Below, piece after piece: positions 1 to 10,190 of a stretch of DNA of 56,324 bases. Each line of letters starts with the position of its first letter. Within the stretch, counting starts at the first letter, position 1. The translations under genes and the position numbers were made by a program. The notes beneath the pieces were generated by a model, which saw only the letters and a program-made list of their open reading frames with translations, was not told the origin of the DNA and made no database searches. This stretch comes from a virus (lineage: Duplodnaviria; Caudoviricetes): IMG/VR virus record IMGVR_UViG_3300008120_005716, positions 1 through 56,324 of that record. One strand, 5' to 3'.

Positions 1-285
1 TATATGAATCAGGTTGTTAAAGTAACCGATTATAAATCAATACCATCTGTAACCCACGTTGATAAATCAGCGAGAATACAAACAGTTACGAAAAAGCAAA
101 ACCCACTTTACCATATGCTACTTAAAGAATTTAAAAAGGTTAGTGGTACACCAATACTATTAAACACATCTTTTAATTTAAGAGGGCATACAATGACTAA
201 TGACCCACAAAAAGCAATTTGGACATTCTTAAATTCAGATATGGATTATTTAGTATTGGGTAATTATTTAATTGATAAGAAATGA
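1..285 (+). CDS. Carbamoyltransferase (NodU/CmcH family), C-terminal fragment; gene starts before the window
   Basis: VTHVDKSARIQTV...PILLNTSFNLRG motifs are typical of the carbamoyltransferase C-terminal domain; frame is open from base 1. Confidence 0.9.
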   Translation, partial: YMNQVVKVTDYKSIPSVTHVDKSARIQTVTKKQNPLYHMLLKEFKKVSGTPILLNTSFNLRGHTMTNDPQKAIWTFLNSDMDYLVLGNYLIDKK

Positions 286-1055
286 AATTATACGCATACG
301 GAGATAGTTGGACAGAAGGTCAAGGCTGTAGATTGGATGAAGAAAATTCTATAAAAGATAGAATGTATCTTAAAGATTTTCGAAACAAATATTCTTGGCC
401 AATAAAATTAGCTAGTAAATTAAGATGTGACCACGAAAATAATGGATGGAGTGGTAGAGCGAATAACTTAATTTTTAACGATGTAATTGCAGATTTAAGA
501 AATGGGAAAATACACAAAGGAGATTTGGTTATTATAATGTGGAGTTCATCATTAAGAGACCACGTACATTTTTTACCAAAGGGTGAATGGATTAGTTGGT
601 CTGTAAAAGAACTAGCACTATTACCACATAAGTTTTTTGAATCTTACAAATATGGTGATGATAAGTACAACGGATTTTTAGAACAATATAAAAAGTTTTT
701 TTTAGAAAATATGTTTAATCAAAACTATTATAATATAATAAATCAAAATTATATTGTTTTCTTACAAAAGATGTTAGAAGAATATGGCGTTAAATATCTA
801 ATGCTAGATGCTTTTGATATGATGGTGCAAGATTTAAATAGAGAAGATGATATTACACATTTGATAAATAAAAAAAATTATTGGGGATTCGCTAAACAAA
901 CCATTAGGGATTTCTTAGTTAAAACATCAGATGAATCAGCTTGGGAATACCCCAATTCATTTGAAGAAATACCATCAAAACACCCCAATGAAAATGGTTA
1001 TAATCTAATAAGTGAAGAACTTTATAATTATATAGTAGATAACAACATAATATAA
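282..1055 (+). CDS. SGNH/GDSL hydrolase-like protein
   Basis: N-terminal YAYGDSWTEG (block I), NGWSGRAN (block II), C-terminal SKHPNENGY (block V His); ATGA overlap with upstream gene. Confidence 0.7.
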   Translation: MKLYAYGDSWTEGQGCRLDEENSIKDRMYLKDFRNKYSWPIKLASKLRCDHENNGWSGRANNLIFNDVIADLRNGKIHKGDLVIIMWSSSLRDHVHFLPKGEWISWSVKELALLPHKFFESYKYGDDKYNGFLEQYKKFFLENMFNQNYYNIINQNYIVFLQKMLEEYGVKYLMLDAFDMMVQDLNREDDITHLINKKNYWGFAKQTIRDFLVKTSDESAWEYPNSFEEIPSKHPNENGYNLISEELYNYIVDNNII

Positions 1056-1459
1056 TGGCATCAGAATTTCAACTATTTGATGGTAAAAATTTATCATCAT
1101 TATTTAAAGATATATACGAAAACCAACAAAACAAAAAGAAAAACATTTCCGATTTGATTGAATCATTGAGGAAACTAATTAAGAATGTTGGTGAAGCAAC
1201 TGTTATTGCTCCAATTATCAAAGACTTAATAGAGGTATCGGTTAAGAACGATGACCATCTTATTAAACTTGCAACAATTGCACAAAGATTAGCAGCAGCA
1301 GAGGCAAAGGGTATTGGTGAAGATGGTTGGTTAAGTGAGCATGAAAAAAATCAATTACTTACTGAATTAGAAGATACAGTAAACGAAATTGAAAAGAAAA
1401 ATGAAGAAAAATTGGTTGATATTCAAATAGAATTAGATGATATTAAATCAAAAATTTAA
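1055..1459 (+). CDS. Hypothetical helical/coiled-coil phage protein
   Basis: 134-aa ORF with TAATG coupling to both neighbours; helical, charged composition. Confidence 0.75.
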   Translation: MASEFQLFDGKNLSSLFKDIYENQQNKKKNISDLIESLRKLIKNVGEATVIAPIIKDLIEVSVKNDDHLIKLATIAQRLAAAEAKGIGEDGWLSEHEKNQLLTELEDTVNEIEKKNEEKLVDIQIELDDIKSKI

Positions 1460-2459
1460 TGGCTAGTATTGAATCATATTTAGCAACGGTAGATAAAGTA
1501 TTCCCTATTGATGTGGATTTAACTCCATATGAAAAGGGTGAAGATGCAGAGATTATGTTACATATAAAGCATTAGAACCAACCAGCAACAATAAACCAAA
1601 AGAATCAAGCGGTAATGGTCAGAGTTTAAGAGAAACAAAAGATTCGGGTGGTCAAACTAATTCTGAAAATAAAAAAAGTTCTACGGAAGAATATAAAGTA
1701 AACGAAAAAATTAAATTCTTAAAACCAAAGCAAGGCGATACTATCATAAGTGGTAGAGTTGGCAATACGATTCGCTTTAGTGAATTTCATTTAACCGAAG
1801 ATGGTAAAACATCATCACCTGGTATATTCATTCGTAATAAACAAAACCCAGAGTTAGATTCTAAAAAGATTGGTGAATTGATTGATGAGGATATTAATAA
1901 AGATGGTACATCTATTTACATCACATCTAATAAAATAAAAGTTCCATTTAAAGAAGAAATAAAAAAAGAAAAGAAAGGATTTAAAGATTATCCCAATTCT
2001 AAAGATTTAAGTGGAGACCAGTTATTTGTAAATTCAGATAGAATTATATTATCAGCTAAAGCAAAAGAATTTATTATATTTGGTAAAGGTAATACGGGTG
2101 TTATTACCGATGGTAATTATTCTATTGATGCTGAAAAAGAAATATACTTTCATAATAAGAAAAATATAACAATTCATTCAGAAGGTTCTAACAATATCTT
2201 TTTAAATTCAGATAATGGTAAAATATATTTGGGTAAAGATAAAGGTGAAGGAGCAGCTGGTGCAGCTGTTCAGAAGATGGTTATGGGTGGCGAATTAGTA
2301 AAAATAATGGGTGAGTTAATAGATGAAATAACGAAGCAAATATATGCAACACCAGTTGGACCAACAGCAACTGGCCCAGTAAATATAGCAGCATTCAAAG
2401 CGATAAAAGGAAAATTAAATACTTTATTATCTGCCAAGAACTTTTTAAGTAAATCATAA
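1459..2459 (+). pseudogene. Baseplate hub/spike (T4 gp5-like) gene, broken by a frame discontinuity at ~1542-1575
   Basis: ATG at 1459 gives 38 aa (MASIESYLATVDKVF...) ending at TAG 1573-1575. A different frame is open from 1542 to 2459 (RDYVTY...GDTIISGRVGNTIRF...NSDRIILSAK...IYATPVGPT); the track reports only its 1878-2459 part. The beta-helix-like C-terminus and location next to gp25/gp6 suggest a gp5-like spike. Confidence 0.55.
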
Positions 2460-3691
2460 TGTCTTGGACACTATTTAAAATAAATGTTTTAAAATCTATG
2501 GTATCTTTTCAATTCGCAAAAGATACAGATGCATTTGCTGATTTTTATGCTAAAGAATATGACCAATGTATAAAAAGAGGTGGTGATATGTTATATGGTG
2601 TTCCTGTTATAAATGGTAACGTTAGCGGAATGGCTGATGTTATTAAAAGAGCATTAAAAAAAGGACAAGATAGTGATGGTGAAAATTTTAATATACTACA
2701 AGAAATATACCCATCCGCATTCGATGCATATTGGCAAGGCGCTGAAATGGCACCAATACCAAACCCATTACTAAAGCCTGCCGGATGGCAATCAACTCCA
2801 CCAGCACCAGGAACAATTATGAATATTGGTCCAAACCCAATAATGTTAGCAGCCTCAGCTGCGCTACATAAAGCTGAAGTAGAAGCTACAAAAGCATTAG
2901 AAGATAAATTAAAAGAACAAACTATTAATATACCACCAATTGGTGAAGTAAATGTATATGAAGTAATTCAAAAAATATTAAAAAAAGAACCAGTTGATTC
3001 TAAAATATCCAATCATCCTGCGATAAAAGCAGGAAAAAATATAATACAAAAAGCAAAACAGGCTAAAAAGAAAAAACCATCAATAGGTTCTCAATTAAAA
3101 AAAGCAATTAAATTTCCATTTCCACCATTACCAAAAAGAAAAGAAATTATAGAAAAAGCTAAGAATAAATTATTAGAAGCTGCAGTTGAACAATTAAAAG
3201 CTCAATTAATTATACCAATAGAAGCAACTATATTAGCACCAATAATATCAGCCATACAAACCGCAGTTGAAATATCTAACAATATTCCAAACCCAAAACC
3301 AACTCCACAACAAATTAAAAAATTTGTAAAGGATACAATAGATGGTGTAGTTCCCGAAATACAACTGCCGGGCATCAATATACCAAAAGTACCAACAAAG
3401 GAAGAGTTAAAGAAAATGGTAGAAGAAAAAATACCAACCAAAGAGGAATTATTGGCAATGGCTTATGATTTGATTAAAGATAAAATACCACAAATTCCTA
3501 ATATATTTTTTATACCACCAACCATTAAATTTAGTTTTCAAACAAATATAATGATTAACCCATTTGTTAATGTGGCTAAAACCCATTTAATGGGAGTTAG
3601 TGGAATTATGTCCGTTATGGCACAATATCCACCACCCGCTCCACCCGCTCCGGCAATACTCAATTGGAGTGGTTATAAAATCATAGGTTAA
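2459..3691 (+). CDS. Hypothetical virion/baseplate-region protein with Pro-rich ends and short PTKEEL repeats
   Basis: 410-aa ORF coupled by TAATG; PPAPG and PPPAPPAP segments; VPTKEEL/IPTKEEL repeat. Confidence 0.7.
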   Translation: MSWTLFKINVLKSMVSFQFAKDTDAFADFYAKEYDQCIKRGGDMLYGVPVINGNVSGMADVIKRALKKGQDSDGENFNILQEIYPSAFDAYWQGAEMAPIPNPLLKPAGWQSTPPAPGTIMNIGPNPIMLAASAALHKAEVEATKALEDKLKEQTINIPPIGEVNVYEVIQKILKKEPVDSKISNHPAIKAGKNIIQKAKQAKKKKPSIGSQLKKAIKFPFPPLPKRKEIIEKAKNKLLEAAVEQLKAQLIIPIEATILAPIISAIQTAVEISNNIPNPKPTPQQIKKFVKDTIDGVVPEIQLPGINIPKVPTKEELKKMVEEKIPTKEELLAMAYDLIKDKIPQIPNIFFIPPTIKFSFQTNIMINPFVNVAKTHLMGVSGIMSVMAQYPPPAPPAPAILNWSGYKIIG

Positions 3692-3718
3692 TACAATCGT
3701 ATTAAATTTATTCTTTCA

Positions 3719-3727
3719 ATATTTATT
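3719..3727 (+). promoter_or_regulatory. Putative phage late promoter motif ATATTTAT
   Basis: TATTTAT at 3720-3726 in the intergenic gap, 22 nt before ATG 3749; the same motif recurs in six other + strand intergenic gaps. Confidence 0.55.
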
Positions 3728-3748
3728 ATTAAACATATACAAATTATT

Positions 3749-4255
3749 ATGGATTCAAAATTATTAGTCGGATTAATTAAGGAGGTTGTTAAGAGTGAAG
3801 TTAAACAACAAGTTAAAGAAGAATTAGCAAAGCTAATCAAATCCGGTGCAGTTACATTAAATTCACAAAAGAAAACATCTACTCCAACATTGAGAGAGAT
3901 GACAGAAGTTGCTCCTAAAAATATTAAAAAACAGCAACCAATTGTACAACAAAAACCTCAACAAGTAAAAGAATTTACAAAAAACCCAATACTAAATGAG
4001 GTATTGAGTCAAACAACACCATTCACTGCCGCACAAAGAGCAGAAAGTGGTGTGCCTGGAGCAGGTGGTAGTGTGTTAGATATGCTACAACCACAACAAA
4101 GTATGGAAGATGAGTGGGAAACTATGGATTACAGAATGATACATGATATTCCACAAAACACACCAAACTTTGAATCAACAGGAGATGCATTGCAAGATGC
4201 AACTGTTAAAGCATTGACAAGAGATTATTCAGAATTAGTAAAGAGATTTAAATAA
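3749..4255 (+). CDS. Hypothetical phage protein
   Basis: 168-aa ORF after the promoter motif, coupled to the gp25-like gene; LIKE/LRE/LNE motifs. Confidence 0.75.
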   Translation: MDSKLLVGLIKEVVKSEVKQQVKEELAKLIKSGAVTLNSQKKTSTPTLREMTEVAPKNIKKQQPIVQQKPQQVKEFTKNPILNEVLSQTTPFTAAQRAESGVPGAGGSVLDMLQPQQSMEDEWETMDYRMIHDIPQNTPNFESTGDALQDATVKALTRDYSELVKRFK

Positions 4256-4686
4256 TGGCAATAGAGCTTGGTAAAGTAAAAGTAGATGATTTAGTTGAAA
4301 ATGACTATAAAGTTTTAGGTATTGGTATAAACCAATCATCTAATTCTAATGGGGTTTTTTCAACTAATTTCACAACATTACAACAAGCTAAAAATAATTT
4401 AAAAAGTCTGATTCTTACAAAAAAAGGAGAAAGATTAATGCAACCTGATTTTGGTTGTGATGTTTGGAAAGTATTATTTGAACCAATTGATAATATAGAA
4501 GTATCAATAGAAAATTCTATAATAAATGCGGTTTCAATATGGTTGCCTTATTTAAATATAAACGAAATAATATTCGATTATGATGAAAATGATATAGATA
4601 CAAACAAAGTATCTTTGGATATAAAGTTTTCATTACAATCAAACCCATCACTATCAGACTCAGTACAAATAAATGTAGAAAAGTAA
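4255..4686 (+). CDS. Baseplate wedge subunit, T4 gp25-like (GPW_gp25 family)
   Basis: KNNLKSLILTKKGERLMQPDFGC...LFEP...WLPY is the gp25 family signature. Confidence 0.9.
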   Translation: MAIELGKVKVDDLVENDYKVLGIGINQSSNSNGVFSTNFTTLQQAKNNLKSLILTKKGERLMQPDFGCDVWKVLFEPIDNIEVSIENSIINAVSIWLPYLNINEIIFDYDENDIDTNKVSLDIKFSLQSNPSLSDSVQINVEK

Positions 4687-4687
4687 A

Positions 4688-6715
4688 ATGGCAATAAATC
4701 CTATTAAAAAAACCTTTGGAGAAAAAAAGACTTTGAATTATTTAGGAAAGGATTTCGATTCTTTCAAGCAGAATCTTATTGATTATACAAAAACATATTT
4801 TCCAAATTCATATTCAGATTTTAATGAGGCATCTCCAGGTATGGTATTTATCGAACAAGCCGCAGCAATTGGAGATATACTATCCTTTTATCAGGACACT
4901 CAATTAAAAGAATCTATGTTAGCACATGCTACAGAACGTAAGAACGTTTTAGCATTAGCACAATCTATGGGGTATAAACCAAAAGTTACATCACCGGCAA
5001 TCACTACAATAACTGTATATCAATTAGTTCCATCTAAAGGAGCACCTAATTATGAACCAAATGAAGCATACTATTTAAAGATAAAAGATGGTATGGAAAT
5101 AGAATCGGCTACAAATAATTCGGTTGTATTTAGAACGGTAGATACGGTAGATTTTTCAAATTCAACTGATAGAGAAATTGATGTTTATGAAAGAGATGGT
5201 AATGGTGTACCACTACAATACTTAATTACAAAAAAAGTAAAAGCAATTTCTGCTAGAGAAGTATCGACTACAATTAGTTTTGGCTCATATGAAGAATATC
5301 CAAATGCCGTATTAACCGATACGGATATCATTTCAATAACAAATGTTACCGATGGTTCTGGAACAAAATACTATGAAGTTCCTTATTTAGCACAAGAAAG
5401 TATATTTGTAGAGCAACCAAATACTGAAGCTAATGGTGGAACTCTAAGTGAATCATCATCGATTGTACCATACATTTTAGAAGTACAAAAAGTTCCACAT
5501 AGATTTTCTGCAAAAGTTAATTCTGATAATACAATAACTTTACAATTTGGTAGTGGAAATAATTCAGCCGGATACGAAGATGAAAAATTATTACCAAATA
5601 CAAAAAATGTGGGATTAGGATTAGCTAATTCAGTTCAAAGATTGAATCAAGGAATAGACCCATCTAATTTTTTAAAAACAAATACATTTGGAGTAGTGCC
5701 TGTAAATACCACTCTAACTGTTAAGTATTTAGTTGGTGGTGGTATAGCATCAAATATAAACCAAGGTGATTTAACATCTATCCGTAGAATTGAATTTGAA
5801 GAAGATTTATTATCTTTTAATACAAATGATGAATTAAATTCATATAATGCCGCAAAAGGAACTGTTGCTGTTGAAAATTTAGAAGCAGCAGTCGGTGGTA
5901 GAGGGGCTGAATCAATAGAAGAAATCAGACAAAACGCATTAGCAATGTTTGGTTCTCAAAATAGAGCAGTAACTAGACAAGATTATGTAGTTAGAGCATT
6001 ATCAATGCCGGAAAGATATGGTAGTGTTGCAAAAGTTTATGTAAGTCCAGATGGAGAAGTTGATAATAACTCACCGGCATCAATACTTGCAAACCCACAA
6101 AATATAGCAGAGTTTGTTGGTTTAGTTGAGGGGTTAAAAGATAAATCAAAGCAAGACATACAAAAAGAATTAGTTAAATATCTTACACAAAAGAAAACAA
6201 ATATAGCAGAAGTAAATAATCCATTTGCTATAAATATGTACGTTTTAGGATACGATGTTAATAAGAAACTAACTCAAATAAACCAAGCCGTTAAGCAAAA
6301 CCTAAAAACATACATAGGAGAATATAGAATGATTACCGATGCGGTAAACATTATAGATGGATTCATTGTAAACATAGGAGTTGATTTTGAAGTTGTAGTA
6401 TATTCAAATTATAACAAAAGAGAGGTTGTAGCAAATTGTTTAACAGAAATTCAAAATTATTTTAACATAGATAATTGGACATTTAACAAACCAATAAACA
6501 TTTCAGAAATAGAATTGATACTCGCAAATGTTGAAGGTGTAATGAGTGTACCATCTGTTAAGATATATAACTTATGTGGAGGAGATGGAAACTATTCTCC
6601 AAATAAATACAATATAGATGAAGCAACTAAAGGTAAGATAATTTATCCATCTTTAGACCCTTGCATCTTCGAAGTAAAATACCCTAACAAAGATATAAAA
6701 GGAAGAGCTTTATAA
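4688..6715 (+). CDS. Baseplate wedge subunit, T4 gp6-like / baseplate J-like
   Basis: YLGKDFDSFKQNL..YFP..YSDFNEASPG, LAQSMGYKP, GGRGAESIEEIR, QNRAVTRQDY motifs; directly follows the gp25-like gene. Confidence 0.88.
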   Translation: MAINPIKKTFGEKKTLNYLGKDFDSFKQNLIDYTKTYFPNSYSDFNEASPGMVFIEQAAAIGDILSFYQDTQLKESMLAHATERKNVLALAQSMGYKPKVTSPAITTITVYQLVPSKGAPNYEPNEAYYLKIKDGMEIESATNNSVVFRTVDTVDFSNSTDREIDVYERDGNGVPLQYLITKKVKAISAREVSTTISFGSYEEYPNAVLTDTDIISITNVTDGSGTKYYEVPYLAQESIFVEQPNTEANGGTLSESSSIVPYILEVQKVPHRFSAKVNSDNTITLQFGSGNNSAGYEDEKLLPNTKNVGLGLANSVQRLNQGIDPSNFLKTNTFGVVPVNTTLTVKYLVGGGIASNINQGDLTSIRRIEFEEDLLSFNTNDELNSYNAAKGTVAVENLEAAVGGRGAESIEEIRQNALAMFGSQNRAVTRQDYVVRALSMPERYGSVAKVYVSPDGEVDNNSPASILANPQNIAEFVGLVEGLKDKSKQDIQKELVKYLTQKKTNIAEVNNPFAINMYVLGYDVNKKLTQINQAVKQNLKTYIGEYRMITDAVNIIDGFIVNIGVDFEVVVYSNYNKREVVANCLTEIQNYFNIDNWTFNKPINISEIELILANVEGVMSVPSVKIYNLCGGDGNYSPNKYNIDEATKGKIIYPSLDPCIFEVKYPNKDIKGRAL

Positions 6716-6716
6716 T

Positions 6717-7790
6717 ATGCATAAATTTTTCACATCATCATACGATGCCAGTATCTACCTACAACAACCTGAACAAAACGCAGGTAGAGATGAGATATTA
6801 GAGGTTGGTAAACTATATTATGGTTCTATAAAAGATATTGCAAGAACCTTAATAAAATTTGATGTTTCCAATATGGGAATACCAAGCGGTTCGACTGTGT
6901 ATTTAAATTTAAAATCAGCACAAGCCGAAGAAATTCCATTGGAATATACAATATATGCCAACGCCGTTTCTCAAAGTTGGACAATGGGAACGGGTACTAA
7001 ATTTGATAATATAACTTCAGATGGTGTTAGTTGGAAATATAGAAATGGAAGTAATAAATGGGTTTCATATGATACAACAGCGGGCGGAGCGGTTTATGTT
7101 ACATCCGGAAACACAACAACAGGTTCAGCAAACGCTGAAGGTGGGGTGTGGTATTTAAGCGGCTCAGCATCTCAATCTTATAATTATGAAGAAGCTGATA
7201 TAAGAATGGATGTTACAAACATTGTTAATATATGGTTAAGTGGCTCAGTATCAAATAATGGATTTATACTTCATCATAGCTTAGAGGCTGAAAACGATAC
7301 ATCCGATTATGGACTACTTAAATTCTTTTCAAAAGAAACTAATACAATTTATCAACCAAAATTAGAAGTAGTTTGGAATGATATATCATTTGTAACAGCT
7401 AGTTTAACACCAACAACAGGTTCAGCAGAAGAGGGGTATAAAGTAGTACTTACTAATTTAAAAAATGAGTATCCTGCTAATGAAACTATAAAAATTAGAG
7501 TTAAAGGTAGAGATATCTATCCACTAAAATCATTTAGTACAACTTTTGAATATGACCAAGTTAAATACTTACCGACTAGTTCATATTATCAATTAGAAGA
7601 TTATAAAACAGGAGAAGTAATTTATCCATTTGGAGATTATACTAAAATAAGTTGTGATTCTACATCCAACTATTTTAATATGAGTTTAAATACATTACCA
7701 ATTAATAGAACTTATAAATTAAAAATTAAAATAGTTGAAAGCGGTATATCTACAATTATCGATGATAAATTAATTTTTGAAATAGTATAA
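6717..7790 (+). CDS. Virion protein with DNRLRE-like N-terminal domain
   Basis: DASIY...N.G.DEILEVG...RTLIKFD...W..G...DVTNIV..W...NNGFIL...F.SKE.....PKLEV pattern; lies in the structural module. Confidence 0.6.
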   Translation: MHKFFTSSYDASIYLQQPEQNAGRDEILEVGKLYYGSIKDIARTLIKFDVSNMGIPSGSTVYLNLKSAQAEEIPLEYTIYANAVSQSWTMGTGTKFDNITSDGVSWKYRNGSNKWVSYDTTAGGAVYVTSGNTTTGSANAEGGVWYLSGSASQSYNYEEADIRMDVTNIVNIWLSGSVSNNGFILHHSLEAENDTSDYGLLKFFSKETNTIYQPKLEVVWNDISFVTASLTPTTGSAEEGYKVVLTNLKNEYPANETIKIRVKGRDIYPLKSFSTTFEYDQVKYLPTSSYYQLEDYKTGEVIYPFGDYTKISCDSTSNYFNMSLNTLPINRTYKLKIKIVESGISTIIDDKLIFEIV

Positions 7791-7791
7791 A

Positions 7792-8785
7792 ATGACAGGA
7801 TTAGAAGCGATAGCACAAAAATTAGAAGAAAAAAGACAATCGGATTTAGAATCTATTCTAACTATTTCCGGTTCTCAAGCTATTGCCAAAAATGAATATG
7901 GTGTTACAATAGTAAACGAAAAAAACATAGCATCATCTTTAATATTTAAAGAATTAAGTAAACCAAAGTATGATGAGGTTGAATTAGTAAAAGCTATTGA
8001 TTTAAATATCAAAGAGCTTAAACCTGATATTCCAAAACCGAATTTGGATTTAATACCAAAATCATTATATGATGATGAAGTATTACAAAATGAAGATTTA
8101 AGAAAGCAGGTATCCGATTTAACATCTGAAGTTAGTAATTTAAACACAAGAATAACAGACTTAGAATCGCAAGTACAATCTGAAATAAACGAAAGACTAG
8201 CGATTGAACAATCTAATGATGCATTAGTTAATCAATTAAATACATTAACACAAACTGTTGATGATTTTGCTTTACAAATTCAAAATTCATTACAAAAATC
8301 AGTAGAAGAAGGTATTTTAAGAGCATCGCTTCAATCACAAAATACAGGTTTCAAAGCTCAGATTCAGGCATTAATAAAACAAATTGACTCTTTAAATTCT
8401 ATCATTGAAGGATTACAATCTCAATTGGGAGCAGTACAAAATCAACAAGCGATTATACAAGGTACACAAGCTCAAGCACAAGCCGCAGGTGCTGATGTTA
8501 TAAATGATATAGCAATCGTTAAATTACAACCAGAAGAAGATGCAAATGCGCCAAAAATATGGGCTAGATTTAGCGCAACGGGCGGTAATCAATGGAAAAA
8601 TGGTAAATCAATATCCATAACAAATAACGATAAACAACCAATAACTGTAACGTTAACAGCTAATATCCCACTCAAAAGAATATAAAGGTGGAACTTTAAA
8701 AGTATCTATAACTCGTTCAGATGGTACTGCTAAAGATAAAACATATGAAACAGGTTTTGGTAAATATCATCCGAGTTCGTTTTAA
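7792..8785 (+). pseudogene. Coiled-coil virion protein with an apparent frame discontinuity at ~8657-8685
   Basis: Track ORF 7792-8685 has a long heptad coiled coil and ends abruptly (TANIPLKRI*). The +1 frame is open 8657-8785 (SHSKEYKGGTLKVSITRSDG...GFGKYHPSSF*) and stops 10 nt before the next ATG. Confidence 0.55.
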
Positions 8786-8795
8786 TATATAAACC

Positions 8796-10166
8796 ATGAG
8801 TATTAAAAAATATACAAACTTTGAATTAATTGATGCTAATACATCAAATAAGGGGGAGTTTTTGCAAGAAAACGACAGATTTATAATCAATCAAAATCAA
8901 ATAGAGGATACCGATTTTGGAGATTGTAAGTATGATGTTATGGAGGTGTCGGTTTATGATATCAATACAAATTTATTGCCAAATAAAAATGGAAAAAATG
9001 TTGCCTATATAAAAACGGGTGATATTAAAAACTATCTTTATAATTTAAAAAATAATGCAGGACAAAAAGAATTAGCTATTGATATTGAAAAATTATTAAA
9101 CGATTTAGGATTTACAAATGGTATCCTTAAAGTAAACATAAATTTTGTTAGAAATAAAATTGGTTCTGAAAACGAATTAACCAAAGTATGGATTCAGGAA
9201 ATAGCACCATCTAGAGAAGAAATTAGAATACTACCATTATCTACTACCGATATAAATGTAAATGAAAAAACAAAAAAAGAATTTATAAACGTAAATAATT
9301 TAAGTAAAGATTTTAAATATTATAAAAAAAATATATTAGATTCATTGGATTCATTAGAATCCACTTATTTAGATTCAATTGGTAATTTAATGATTAATAG
9401 ATTTGGTAAAGATTTTGAATCTATTTTGCGTAAAGATTTTGGATTATCCAATTTTAATGGATTTAAAAAAAGAATATTTTCCGATTTTAAAACAAGTATA
9501 ATTTACTGGCTAAATAATAGAGAATACGATATATCTCAATCTAATTTTGGACAAAAATCATTTATAAGATTTGAAGATTGTGAACAATATGATTTTCAAA
9601 TGTTAATTAATGAAATTCAAAGCATATTAAGAAAAACTATTGAATATCATACTAAAACATTAAAAAGAAGAGATATTGCTATTAAAGTACTTCCAAAAGA
9701 ATTTGAAATTACCGAACTTAAAAAAGAAATTAAAGATTTAGTTGGTGATATACAAATTGCCGAAAATAAAGTAAGAAATGTTTATAACCCGGAAAAAGTA
9801 GAATTGAATATTAAAGGTACTAGAACATTCGAAATAAAAACAGAGCAACCAATAAAAATAGAACCAGAACCTAAACCAATTCTTCCAATATTTGATTTAC
9901 CTCCAAACCCACCGGTTAAGGAAGAGCCAATTAAAATAGAACCTATAAAGGAAGAACCGATTAAGATAATAAAGCCAGACCCTATTATTAAAATAGAACC
10001 TGTAAAAGAAATAATTCCAACTCCATCTGAAGGTGGCGGGGGTGGTGGTCCTCGTGGCGGAGGCGGTGGCGGTGGATACTATTCTGGTGGTAGAGATTTT
10101 GGAACTGGCGGAGGTAGAGAAAATGTATATGTAGATGATGTTAGACAAAGAGAAAATATACAATAG
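8796..10166 (+). CDS. Baseplate-region virion protein with EPIKI repeats and a Gly-rich C-terminal tail
   Basis: 456-aa ORF; WIQEIAPSREEIRI motif; low-complexity C-terminus. Confidence 0.75.
   Translation: MSIKKYTNFELIDANTSNKGEFLQENDRFIINQNQIEDTDFGDCKYDVMEVSVYDINTNLLPNKNGKNVAYIKTGDIKNYLYNLKNNAGQKELAIDIEKLLNDLGFTNGILKVNINFVRNKIGSENELTKVWIQEIAPSREEIRILPLSTTDINVNEKTKKEFINVNNLSKDFKYYKKNILDSLDSLESTYLDSIGNLMINRFGKDFESILRKDFGLSNFNGFKKRIFSDFKTSIIYWLNNREYDISQSNFGQKSFIRFEDCEQYDFQMLINEIQSILRKTIEYHTKTLKRRDIAIKVLPKEFEITELKKEIKDLVGDIQIAENKVRNVYNPEKVELNIKGTRTFEIKTEQPIKIEPEPKPILPIFDLPPNPPVKEEPIKIEPIKEEPIKIIKPDPIIKIEPVKEIIPTPSEGGGGGGPRGGGGGGGYYSGGRDFGTGGGRENVYVDDVRQRENIQ
9841..10115 (+). repeat. Coding low-complexity repeats: (E/Q)PIKI units followed by poly-Gly
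   Basis: QPIKIEPEPKPI...EEPIKIEPIKEEPIKIIKPDPIIKIEPVKE, then GGGGGGPRGGGGGGGYYSGG. Confidence 0.8.
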
Positions 10167-10167
10167 G

Positions 10168-10176
10168 ATATTTATA
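10168..10176 (+). promoter_or_regulatory. Putative late promoter motif ATATTTATA
   Basis: TATTTAT at 10169-10175, between the stop at 10166 and GTG at 10191. Confidence 0.55.
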
Positions 10177-10190
10177 ATAAAGAATAAAGA

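Noticed and set aside
1533-1541. X XXY YYZ slippery heptamer A AAG GGT just before the gp5-like frame break
   Set aside because: A -1 slip here reads AAA GGG TGA and stops immediately, so it cannot join the two frames.
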